Below the pieces are notes generated by a model. It worked only from the letters and a program-made list of their open reading frames with translations. It had not been told where the DNA came from and made no database searches. Positions 38,008-46,671 of a stretch of DNA of 64,000 bases are shown here, piece by piece. How positions within the stretch are numbered: the first letter of the stretch is position 1; the number at the start of each line of letters is the position of its first letter. The stretch comes from Candidatus Riflebacteria bacterium HGW-Riflebacteria-1 (GTDB taxonomy: Bacteria > Muiribacteriota > Ozemobacteria > Ozemobacterales > Ozemobacteraceae). Both the position numbers and the translations under genes were made by a program. The stretch is from positions 282,735 through 346,734 of the forward strand of contig PGYB01000001.1 in assembly GCA_002839445.1 (NCBI GenBank), written 5' to 3'.

Positions 38008-38832
38008 TCAGGCGCTCAAATAGCGAAGCATTCTCGCTACAGTCGATTTAAGAACGCGGCGATGTGTCACGCAGTCAACCATGCCGTGCGCAAGTAGAAA
38101 CTCGGCACGCTGAAACCCTTCCGGGAGCTTCTGGCGTATGGTCTGTTCAATAACTCTCGGCCCGGCAAAACCGATCAGAGCACCGGGTTCAGCGATATTG
38201 ATATCGCCAAGACTGGCAAAACTGGCTGATACGCCACCGGTAGTCGGATCAGTCATGATCGATATATAAGGTACACGGGCGCGATTGAGCCTCTTGATGG
38301 CTGCCGAGGTCTTGCCCATTTGCATGAGCGAATAGATGCCCTCCTGCATGCGAGCGCCCCCGCTGGCCGACACAATTATCACCGGCAGCTTTTCGGCGGC
38401 GCCGGTTTCGAGAATGCGCGTCAGCTTTTCGCCTACTACCGAACCCATGCTGCCGCCCATGAATTCAAAATTCATGACGCCCAGCATCATTGGAATGCCG
38501 TCTATGGAAGCGCGGCCGGTAGTGACCGCTTCATTAACATCAGTTTTGGCGATCGATTCTTTGAGGCGATCGACGTAACTTTTTGAGTCAACGAAGTTGA
38601 GAGGATCAATAGAGCGGATTTCGCGATTTACTTCGACAAAAGAGTTGTCATCGCTAAGCAGGGCTATTCGATCCCAGATTGGCATGCGCAGATGCTGATC
38701 ACACTTGCTGCACAAATAGAGGTTTTTCGCGAGATCCTTGATCAGGAGGACCTCGCCACAACGGGTACATTTTTTCCAGAGATCCGATGGAACATCCCGT
38801 CTGGGACGGGTGAGCTTGTCAAACCATCCCAT
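38008..38832 (-). CDS. accD: acetyl-CoA carboxylase carboxyltransferase beta subunit
   Basis: N-terminal C4 zinc ribbon (CTRCGEVLL...CSKCDQH) and carboxyltransferase core. Confidence 0.9.
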   Translation of the reverse strand: MGWFDKLTRPRRDVPSDLWKKCTRCGEVLLIKDLAKNLYLCSKCDQHLRMPIWDRIALLSDDNSFVEVNREIRSIDPLNFVDSKSYVDRLKESIAKTDVNEAVTTGRASIDGIPMMLGVMNFEFMGGSMGSVVGEKLTRILETGAAEKLPVIIVSASGGARMQEGIYSLMQMGKTSAAIKRLNRARVPYISIMTDPTTGGVSASFASLGDINIAEPGALIGFAGPRVIEQTIRQKLPEGFQRAEFLLAHGMVDCVTHRRVLKSTVARMLRYLSA

Positions 38833-39038
38833 GGTTCACCACCACAAAAAAAGTATTATCTGAGTCATAAGCACAGTTTATACCAGATTTAACCAGCCAA
38901 TACAAGTAGTTACAGGCAGTCTCTACGCAACCGGCACTGTCGCGCCACGTCGACCCGCGAGGCGCATTTCCAAAAGAAAAAGGCGCTGTATAAGCGGCTG
39001 AGCACTATCAGAAAAAGATTGTGGTCGGGCTTGCGGGC

Positions 39039-39074
39039 AAAAAAAACTGCCACTCTCTTTCGAGAAGCGGCAGT
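39039..39074 (-). terminator. Rho-independent terminator after the cytochrome gene
   Basis: On the minus strand: ACTGCC-loop-GGCAGT followed by TTTTTTTT (plus-strand A-run at 39039-39046). Confidence 0.5.
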
Positions 39075-39094
39075 CTTGGAGGTTACGGTTGGGA

Positions 39095-40144
39095 TCAGTT
39101 AAACGGTGCGGTTTTTATTTCTACCTTGCGACTGGTGTATTCTTTACCGGTAGACTGCTCTCTGGCTTCGATGTAAACAATGTATTCGGTATCAGCCTGC
39201 AGTCCGCTCAGGACACTGTCGTAGGTGGTAAGAGCCTGACCGCCTGAGAGCAGGCTGTCGTCGGCGAGAGAGTTGTTTGCTTTGCGCACGAAGTAAGCGG
39301 TGCAGATAGAGGGTGACTTAACTTCGAACTTGATTTTGCACTTGAACGAACCGTCATTCTGTATCACCAGAGTAGTAAAAAACGAAGTTTCGTCTTCTGC
39401 TCCGCCTTCTTCACCTTCGGTTGGGGCAGCGTCAATGGTTGAATTGATCTTGGCGAGAGTTGTGAAGGTGAGAGTGCCGAAAGTCGCTGAAGAGGTGCGG
39501 TTGCCGCTCTTGTCAGTGCAGATGATCTCATAAGTGTAAACGGTCTGTGGTATGAGGCCGATCAGATCGTATTTGTGGCTGGTCTTATAAGTCATGCTGA
39601 CAGGAAATTCGAGGCGCTCGCCAGTCAAGGTGCGCAGTACGAGGCGACTCAGGCATGCTTCGTCTGATTTCCAGAGAATAGTGGCTTTAACATCAGAAAC
39701 AGAGGTGACGACCCCGCTGATAATAGGCGGAATGTTGTCGCCGAAGCCTGGCAGGCCGTTTGTGCCGTGGCAGAGATGGCACAGGCTATTGTCTGTGTAG
39801 TTATGATCGGGGTTTCTTGAAGTGTCATTGTGACAGCTCAGGCAATCGGCCTGTTGCCAGCCCGGATGCATGTTATCGAGAAGAGGCGCGTTTGAATGAC
39901 CATCAATAGTGCCGGTGCTGGGGGGAATACTTATTATTGGCGAGCTGATGGCACCGGGGTTCTGGGTTGAGCCATCAACCGGCAGGCCACCCGTCGGATT
40001 GGTTGTCTGATAAGCTCCGAGCGGGTTAAGGTTGCCGTTAGAACTCGATGAGCTCGAAGAACAACCGGCCGAAAGAAAGACAACTGCCGTAAAGAATAAG
40101 AGCAGAAGCCATGAATTCTCATGTAAGCGTCGGTAAGACTTCAT
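39095..40144 (-). CDS. c-type cytochrome lipoprotein with two CxxCH sites and beta-sandwich (FN3-like) C-terminal region
   Basis: Lipobox LSAGCSSSSSSS. Two CxxCH motifs: CLSCH and CHLCH. Confidence 0.6.
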   Translation of the reverse strand: MKSYRRLHENSWLLLLFFTAVVFLSAGCSSSSSSSNGNLNPLGAYQTTNPTGGLPVDGSTQNPGAISSPIISIPPSTGTIDGHSNAPLLDNMHPGWQQADCLSCHNDTSRNPDHNYTDNSLCHLCHGTNGLPGFGDNIPPIISGVVTSVSDVKATILWKSDEACLSRLVLRTLTGERLEFPVSMTYKTSHKYDLIGLIPQTVYTYEIICTDKSGNRTSSATFGTLTFTTLAKINSTIDAAPTEGEEGGAEDETSFFTTLVIQNDGSFKCKIKFEVKSPSICTAYFVRKANNSLADDSLLSGGQALTTYDSVLSGLQADTEYIVYIEAREQSTGKEYTSRKVEIKTAPFN

Positions 40145-40356
40145 ACTGATCTGTAACCTCCAGAAATTGAGCTGATATAAAGTGCTCTCCCGTTGTATCG
40201 GCAGATTTGTTTATGTAAATTAGAAGTCTTTTAAAAACGCCGGCAAACCAGAATATGATTTTTATGCAGATTTTTTTGCAGATTTTGTTCACAAATATGC
40301 GAAAGCTGCCGAAAAGGTTGAAGATTTTACATCGTTATCTTATTCTCAGGACAGTT

Positions 40357-40965
40357 ATGAAAGAAATCAGCAAAGCACTTGCCTGTATAGTCACACTCAT
40401 ACTCTCCGGCCTCTATTCGCTGGTCATGTATCCGCTGTATCTCTGCAGAAACCTGGGTTATCATTTCAGGTCGCCTTCGGTACTGTTATACGCCACTATT
40501 TTCTTTATCGTCGACCGCTACACCAAGCTGTTGGTGGTTAATCATTCGCATCAGCTTCCGATAAAGGTGATCGACGATTTTTTCACACTGACCTATGTTA
40601 AGAACCCTGGCGTTGCCTTTGGCTGGTTTCCCGACTGGCGGTTGCCACCCATCATTATGGCGCTGACCATGATCATCATCATCTCTTACTACAGTCTCAA
40701 ACTGCCAGAAGAAGAGCGCCTGACGCGTTGGTCGCTGGCTCTGCTCGTTGGCGGCGCGATTGGCAATCTTTATGACCGCGTCGTTTATGGTTTTGTCGTT
40801 GACTTTTTCCTGTTTCATTTTGGCTCATTTGATTTTCCGGTGTTCAATATCGCCGACATCGCAATTGACGTTGGAGTGTTCATGCTGTTCGTAGACATCT
40901 TTTTCCTCAGCCCCGATGAAGATGAGGAAAACAACAATGAAAGCCTGGCGTCAACCTCGGCCTGA
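40357..40965 (+). CDS. lspA: lipoprotein signal peptidase II
   Basis: NPGVAFGWF and YDRVVYGFVVDF...FPVFNIADIAID motifs. The start is uncertain; the ORF extends to 40255. Confidence 0.75.
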   Translation: MKEISKALACIVTLILSGLYSLVMYPLYLCRNLGYHFRSPSVLLYATIFFIVDRYTKLLVVNHSHQLPIKVIDDFFTLTYVKNPGVAFGWFPDWRLPPIIMALTMIIIISYYSLKLPEEERLTRWSLALLVGGAIGNLYDRVVYGFVVDFFLFHFGSFDFPVFNIADIAIDVGVFMLFVDIFFLSPDEDEENNNESLASTSA

Positions 40966-40971
40966 CCAGGG

Positions 40972-41760
40972 ATGTACCCGATACTTTTTTCGACGCCCTG
41001 GTTCAATGTCTACAGTTATGGCCTGTTGATAGCTCTTGGCTACGCGCTGGGAACAATCCTGATCCTCAGAGAAGCACGCCGTGAAGGTCTAAATAGCGAA
41101 GCAATTTTTGATATGCTTCTTTTGCAGCTCGTTGTGGGCATATGCGGATCAAGACTGCTGTTTGTTCTCGAATACACCCCGGAAAAGCTCAATTTTAAAG
41201 ATTTTTTTGCGTTTGAGCAGGGCGGCCTGACCTTTTACGGTGCCGTAATCAGCAGCTTCATCTTTGACCTGCTCTATCTCAAGTTTCGCAAAATACCATT
41301 CTGGAAGGTCATGGACTGCATAGGGTTTGGCCTGCCGGCAGGCATTGCCGTGGCCAGACTTGGCTGCCTGATGAATGGCTGCTGCTATGGAACCAGCAGT
41401 GATTCCCCATGGGCAATGACTTTTACCGATGCCGGGCCCGGCGGCCATCACCCGACCCAGCTCTATGAGTCTCTCGGCGCCGTTTTTATCTTTTTGCTGC
41501 TCAGGTATTTACGTGCCTGGCGCCGCAATTATGGCGAAATATTTCTGGCAGGAACGGCTTTATACGGTATTATCAGATTTTTTATCGAATTTGTCAGGGC
41601 GGAAAATCCTGTGGTAATTGCCGGCTTGACCATGGCCCAGATCATAGGAATACTGGCTCTGGCAGCCAGCGCGGTCGCCTGGAAAAAAATTGCCGCCACA
41701 AAAGACATGCGGGTCATGCCAAACCTTGATACTGTTGAAATACGGCCACGCCATGATTAA
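40972..41760 (+). CDS. lgt: prolipoprotein diacylglyceryl transferase
   Basis: MYPILFSTPWFNVYSYGLLIALGY..., ARLGCLMNGCCYG, HPTQLYES signatures. Confidence 0.85.
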   Translation: MYPILFSTPWFNVYSYGLLIALGYALGTILILREARREGLNSEAIFDMLLLQLVVGICGSRLLFVLEYTPEKLNFKDFFAFEQGGLTFYGAVISSFIFDLLYLKFRKIPFWKVMDCIGFGLPAGIAVARLGCLMNGCCYGTSSDSPWAMTFTDAGPGGHHPTQLYESLGAVFIFLLLRYLRAWRRNYGEIFLAGTALYGIIRFFIEFVRAENPVVIAGLTMAQIIGILALAASAVAWKKIAATKDMRVMPNLDTVEIRPRHD

Positions 41761-42541
41761 TGGAATCTATTTCGGGCTGCCCTACTACACTTACGGGATT
41801 CTGGTCCTTATCGCCTTTCTGGCCGGAATATGGCTGTTCAGGCGCAACGCCCGTCAACTGAGCCTTGCCGTTCCAGACCTTGTCGATCTCTCTCTGGTAA
41901 TAAGCATTTCGGGTCTGATTGGCGCACGAGCAGCTTACATATTGCTTTTTCCCGAACAGTTCAGCACCATACGTGACTATCTGGCTATTCACGAGGGCGG
42001 CCTGGTATTCTACGGTTCCTTGATCGGCGCAGTAATTGCGACGGCAATATATTGTCAGGCTACAGGGTACAGTTTCAGAAAGCTGGTCGACCTGATTGCG
42101 CCAGCAGCAGCGCTTGGGCACGCAATCGGCCGTCTGGGATGCATCAACAACAACTGCTGTTATGGAGCAGTAACAACCACATACTCTATTTACCGTCTGC
42201 CTGGCGATCCGCCAGGGCAGTTCAGACACCCAACACAGATTTACGAGAGTCTGTTTCTGCTGGTTCTGCTGTTTGTTCTCAATCGCCTGCTAAGAATTTG
42301 TTACGCTGGAACATCAACTAAAAGCGGTCTTGTCGCAGGAATTTATCTTGCGGCCTATTCTTTTTTCAGATTTCTGATAGAATACATTCGAGGCGATTCA
42401 CGCGGCGGCTTTTACACCGCCTATAATTTATCGCCATCTCAGATAACCGCAGTTATTCTGCTATTGTGTTCGGCAGCCTGTATCGCTTATGCTGTCAAAT
42501 ATCCTATTGCTAACCGGGGAAAAACCGATGAACAGAGTTGA
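41753..42541 (+). CDS. lgt: prolipoprotein diacylglyceryl transferase, tandem paralog
   Basis: MINGIYFGLPYYTYGILVLIAF..., GRLGCINNNCCYG, HPTQIYES. ATG overlaps the first lgt stop (ATGATTAA). Confidence 0.8.
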   Translation: MINGIYFGLPYYTYGILVLIAFLAGIWLFRRNARQLSLAVPDLVDLSLVISISGLIGARAAYILLFPEQFSTIRDYLAIHEGGLVFYGSLIGAVIATAIYCQATGYSFRKLVDLIAPAAALGHAIGRLGCINNNCCYGAVTTTYSIYRLPGDPPGQFRHPTQIYESLFLLVLLFVLNRLLRICYAGTSTKSGLVAGIYLAAYSFFRFLIEYIRGDSRGGFYTAYNLSPSQITAVILLLCSAACIAYAVKYPIANRGKTDEQS

Positions 42542-43457
42542 AGAATGGAGTGTCGAAAGTGACTTCGCCGGCCTGCGACTTGACCAGGCCGTCAACCAGA
42601 AGTACAAAGAAATTTCGCGCACTCTTGCCCAGGAAATGATCAAGAATGGTGAGATCCTTATCAACGGCGAATCGACCAAGCCCGGTCAAAAGCTCAAAGG
42701 CGGCGAAGCGGTGCGTATTGCCATACGCTGCGAAGAGAAAGAATCCAACATAGCGGCCACCCCGCTCGATTTTAAAATTCTTTACGAAGATAAATATATA
42801 ATTGCCATCGACAAACCCGTCGGGCTGGTCGTTCATCCAGGTGCCGGCAAAGAAAAAACAACCGTTGTGTCGGCCATACTCGGTCACACGAAACTCAGCC
42901 CGATTGGCGCCCCAACCCGTCCCGGCGTTGTTCATCGCCTTGACAAGGATACCAGTGGCGTGATGGTGCTTGCCAAGACACGTGAGGCACATCGCCGTCT
43001 GTCTGAGGCTTTTTCTGGGCGTGAGCTCGAAAAAGAGTATCTGGCAATCATTCAGGGCCACATTGTAAACCGCAAAGGCCGCATCGAAGTGGCTATTGAG
43101 CGCGACAAAATACATCGCCAGCGCATGAAAGCGACTTCGGCCGATAAGGGCCGCATGGCAATAAGCCTGTTCGAAGTGGTCGAATATCTTGAAGGGGCAA
43201 CCCTGATTAAAGTCAAAATCATGACCGGTCGCACCCACCAGATTCGCGTGCATATGGCATACACCGGGCACCCGCTGCTTGGCGACACCACCTATGGCTC
43301 AAAACGCTTGCCAAACCACGCGAAACACTTTTTGCACAGCAGTCGTCTAGTCTTTCAGCACCCGATTACCGGCAAACAAGTAGAGCTTGCAGCGCCAGTT
43401 CCAGAAGAGTTCGCTCAGGCGCTGAGTGAATTACGCAGTAGTGCCCGGGCAACATAA
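42528..43457 (+). CDS. rluD: RluA-family 23S rRNA pseudouridine synthase (RluD-like, S4 + catalytic domain)
   Basis: GLRLDQ (S4), HRLDKDTSGVMVLAKT, TGRTHQIRVHMAYTGHPLLGD. GGGGA RBS. Confidence 0.85.
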   Translation: MNRVEEWSVESDFAGLRLDQAVNQKYKEISRTLAQEMIKNGEILINGESTKPGQKLKGGEAVRIAIRCEEKESNIAATPLDFKILYEDKYIIAIDKPVGLVVHPGAGKEKTTVVSAILGHTKLSPIGAPTRPGVVHRLDKDTSGVMVLAKTREAHRRLSEAFSGRELEKEYLAIIQGHIVNRKGRIEVAIERDKIHRQRMKATSADKGRMAISLFEVVEYLEGATLIKVKIMTGRTHQIRVHMAYTGHPLLGDTTYGSKRLPNHAKHFLHSSRLVFQHPITGKQVELAAPVPEEFAQALSELRSSARAT

Positions 43458-43522
43458 AGGTTGTTTCGGTATCTTCACCTGCCGATAATTATGCAAGTAA
43501 AGATAAATGGTAAGGTATTACG

Positions 43523-43939
43523 ATGAGAATAACCGATGAATTTGTAAGGCCTGACAGTCGTCGAGGCAATTTTGCGCTTTACGCCATAGTCTTTTTGTTA
43601 TTTGGCGTCATTCTTTCTATTTTTATTTTTTTTCCACAGTTTTTAAACATGCAGTCTGGCATATACGGTATTTCGTGCCGCGAAATACGGGTTAAAATAA
43701 GAGCTGCCGTCGAAGAATACAATGTAAGCAGCACGAAAAGCATTATTCAGCCTGGCCAGAGAATCGACCTCGACACTCTCAAGGAAAAGGGATTTCTGTC
43801 TGATATCCGCTTATGCCCGCAGAAAGGTGAATACCGCTTTGACGGGATGGGCGCCATCTATTGTACGTTTCATATTTCGGAAGAGAACAAACACGTTGCC
43901 GAAAAAACAGACTCTGACACGCGGAGGGAACGACCATGA
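43523..43939 (+). CDS. small membrane-anchored hypothetical protein
   Basis: Single N-terminal TM, no motif. Confidence 0.35.
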   Translation: MRITDEFVRPDSRRGNFALYAIVFLLFGVILSIFIFFPQFLNMQSGIYGISCREIRVKIRAAVEEYNVSSTKSIIQPGQRIDLDTLKEKGFLSDIRLCPQKGEYRFDGMGAIYCTFHISEENKHVAEKTDSDTRRERP

Positions 43940-44583
43940 GCAAGCATAGACGAAGAACCTACCTGATCAAAACAGGTCTGCAGCTTAGATATATGGGTAT
44001 CATCATCTCTACCATGCTGATGGTGGCATTTGGCGTCGGCTGGACTATCTACCATACGTCATGGAGTCAGATAGCCAACACCCAGGATCTGACGATAGAC
44101 AAGCTGGCTGATATTTTTGATTCAGTTAACTCGACCCTGGTGCGCTGGATATTTGTATTTATTTTTATAATCGCGATATTATCGATATTTGTATCGCATA
44201 AAATAGCGGGACCGGTGTATCGACTCGAAGAGACAACTCGGGTTATCGCATCAGGCGACCTTACCGGCAAAATCTATCTGCGGCACGGCGACGAGCTGCA
44301 GGATCTTCAGGAAGCCTTCAACAAGATGTCAGACTCACTCTGCAAGATGGTAGCTAAAGATCGCGAAGTAATCGAAAAGCTTGTAGCGACGGGTAACCGG
44401 TTACGCGACACCATTGAGAAGAAAAATCTTGACCACAATGCTGTCGAAGCGATCAACAGTGACCTGTATGGCGTCATCGAAGAGTTGCGTCTTGTCACCA
44501 GCGGATTTAAGATTGATGAGTCTGACACCAGTTTCACACCACACTCAGAAACTGAAGCAGCAGATGCGCAAGAAACTGTCTGA
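43936..44583 (+). CDS. membrane protein with HAMP domain
   Basis: Two TMs, then AGPVYRLEETTRVIASGDLTGKIYLRHGDELQDLQEAFNKMSDSL (HAMP). No output domain. Confidence 0.5.
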   Translation: MSKHRRRTYLIKTGLQLRYMGIIISTMLMVAFGVGWTIYHTSWSQIANTQDLTIDKLADIFDSVNSTLVRWIFVFIFIIAILSIFVSHKIAGPVYRLEETTRVIASGDLTGKIYLRHGDELQDLQEAFNKMSDSLCKMVAKDREVIEKLVATGNRLRDTIEKKNLDHNAVEAINSDLYGVIEELRLVTSGFKIDESDTSFTPHSETEAADAQETV

Positions 44584-44610
44584 GCTGCAATTTTTATCCT
44601 AAATTTTTCT

Positions 44611-45459
44611 GTGCAGACTGCCGATTTAAAGACTGTCATGCGCAAACATAAGTATTTTACCAGCTTTATTCTTCTCGCCCTGGTCGTTGTTTTTCTCAAC
44701 GGCGCAAGTATTCGACGTTCGGTTGAGAGGTCTGTTAAAGATCCGGTGCCGAAAGGCCGGCCCAATTACGATGCAATGTTTGCCGATGGCAAGCTGAGAA
44801 TAGCGGTATTCTGGGGATGGGATCACCCGCGCGACACAATCATGGGCTCTTTTCCTGCTTTCGAAACACTTAACGGCAAGCGCCTGTATTACAAAGGCAA
44901 GCCGGTGCTCATCGAGATCGGCATGATCACCCAGATTAACGAAAAGCCAAAAGCGATCTTCAAGTCAGCTCTTGAAGACAAAACTATCGACATGGTCATA
45001 TATTCAGGGCACGCCCGCTACGGCAAGGGCATGGCCTTTGAATCGATGGAAGACATCTTCAAGTGCGGCAATGGCGACCTGGTCGAAGATCGGCACGTTA
45101 CACCAGCCAAAGTTTTCAAGGCAACCGCAGATGACCTTGACGCGACAAATTTCCCGCAAAGCTACAAAATTGTCATGCTCAATTGCTGCGATTCACAGGG
45201 GCATTTCCGCCAGAGCTGGGCAAGACGCTTCAAAGAATGCGGGGCTCCCGTAGAACTTTTGACCGTTGAGTTTCCAGTTTTCAACATCGCAGATCACCGC
45301 CGCGTGCTTAACCTGCTACGCGATGTGCTGGCCTTTGCTGACTGGAAAACGATCAAGAAAAACTACGATTCAGAGATCCACCGCCGCAAAAATCGCCTGA
45401 TAATCGACCCGGTATACAACCACAGCGATGATGATTTTGCCATGGACAGCGCCTTTTAA
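44611..45459 (+). CDS. secreted/anchored protein with a candidate caspase-like (clan CD) His/Cys dyad
   Basis: IDMVIYSGHARYGKG and KIVMLNCCDSQG resemble the metacaspase (Y/F)SGHG and D-x-C-H-S-G blocks. The start is uncertain (GTG 44611 or ATG 44638). Confidence 0.35.
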   Translation: MQTADLKTVMRKHKYFTSFILLALVVVFLNGASIRRSVERSVKDPVPKGRPNYDAMFADGKLRIAVFWGWDHPRDTIMGSFPAFETLNGKRLYYKGKPVLIEIGMITQINEKPKAIFKSALEDKTIDMVIYSGHARYGKGMAFESMEDIFKCGNGDLVEDRHVTPAKVFKATADDLDATNFPQSYKIVMLNCCDSQGHFRQSWARRFKECGAPVELLTVEFPVFNIADHRRVLNLLRDVLAFADWKTIKKNYDSEIHRRKNRLIIDPVYNHSDDDFAMDSAF

Positions 45460-45606
45460 TTACTTCCGCGCCGGCATTCGCCAGGCCAAATCCCCCGGCA
45501 CACTTTTATGTCTGCTCTTCTTTTTGAGCACGAGCGCTTGTGCATATGCTCCCCGATCAGCCAAAGCAACGAAATCTTGATAAATGGTATAAGATAACGT
45601 GATTTG

Positions 45607-45635
45607 TTGAACCGCAGTGTTTTTTGCTGTACACT
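45607..45635 (+). promoter_or_regulatory. putative sigma-70 promoter of the K+ channel gene
   Basis: TTGAAC, 17-nt spacer, TACACT. The ATG at 45645 is about 10 nt from the -10, so the leader is short or absent. Confidence 0.3.
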
Positions 45636-45644
45636 GAGCGGCAT

Positions 45645-46652
45645 ATGAACATTCAACAGCGCATGCTCAACCTGACCTTCACACTGCTTTTTCTGCTGCT
45701 GTGCGGGACAATTGCCTATCGCGTCGTTGAGGGTGACCACTGGACCATGCTCGATGGTCTGTTCATGACGGTAATAACTCTATTCACAGTTGGCTATTCA
45801 GAGGTCCACACTCTTTCCAACAATGGGCGCCTGCTCACGATAGTTCTGATACTTCTTGGCGGCGGCTTCATGGCCTATGCCGCCTCAACCATTGCACAGA
45901 TGCTTTTCGAAGGAAAACTTCGCGAAATTTGGGGGCTCAAAAAAATGCGTAAACAGATCGACGAATTGAAGAATCATTACATCATATGCGGTGCTGGAAA
46001 AACGGCACAGGAGATCATTAAAAGCCTTAAGAACAGCGCCCCCAGGCAGTTTGTCGTCATAGACATTGATCACAGCCGCATTGACAAGTTGCAGCAGGAT
46101 AATATTTTTGCGATCGAAGGCGACGCGACTTCTGATGAAATACTCATGGATGCTGGCATTGAGCGGGCAGCCGGGCTTGCGGTAACTTTGCCAACCGATG
46201 CCGACAACCTCTTTGTCACTCTTTCGGCGAAGGGCTTTAAGAGTGACCTCTTCGTAGTTGCCAAGGCAGAAAAAATAGACAGTATAGCCAAGTTACGCAA
46301 AGCAGGCGCCAACAAGGTTGTTTCTCCGAACATTATAGCTGGAGCCCGTATGGCGTCGATGCTTTACCGTCCATCGGTGGTTGACTTCATGGATGCTGCA
46401 CTGGCAGGCGACAGCAAGGCAATGATGATGGAGGAATTCAGGATTCAAGGTCAATCCTATCTTGATGGCAAAGCAATTAAAGATGCCGAAATCAGGCAGC
46501 GCTCAGGCGCTATTATAGTATCGGTGCGACGCGACAATGAAACCACAGTGAATCCGCTGCCAACGTTCGTTTTTAAGGCATGTGACATACTTGTGGTTCT
46601 GGGTACTGATGAGCAGATCAAGAATTTTTCACCTTTAACAGTAGTTAAATGA
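45645..46652 (+). CDS. RCK-domain (TrkA-N/TrkA-C) gated K+ channel, MthK/Kch-like
   Basis: 2-TM pore with TVGYS selectivity filter, GAGKTAQEI Rossmann (TrkA-N), C-terminal TrkA-C. Confidence 0.75.
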   Translation: MNIQQRMLNLTFTLLFLLLCGTIAYRVVEGDHWTMLDGLFMTVITLFTVGYSEVHTLSNNGRLLTIVLILLGGGFMAYAASTIAQMLFEGKLREIWGLKKMRKQIDELKNHYIICGAGKTAQEIIKSLKNSAPRQFVVIDIDHSRIDKLQQDNIFAIEGDATSDEILMDAGIERAAGLAVTLPTDADNLFVTLSAKGFKSDLFVVAKAEKIDSIAKLRKAGANKVVSPNIIAGARMASMLYRPSVVDFMDAALAGDSKAMMMEEFRIQGQSYLDGKAIKDAEIRQRSGAIIVSVRRDNETTVNPLPTFVFKACDILVVLGTDEQIKNFSPLTVVK

Positions 46653-46671
46653 CCAGGATTGGGAGGGCATA

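Noticed and set aside
40255-40356. N-terminal 34-codon extension of lspA in the ORF track
   Set aside because: The extension (MIFMQIFLQILFTNMRKLPKRL...) begins inside the AT-rich upstream region and would make LspA unusually long. The ATG at 40357 was chosen, but the true start remains uncertain.
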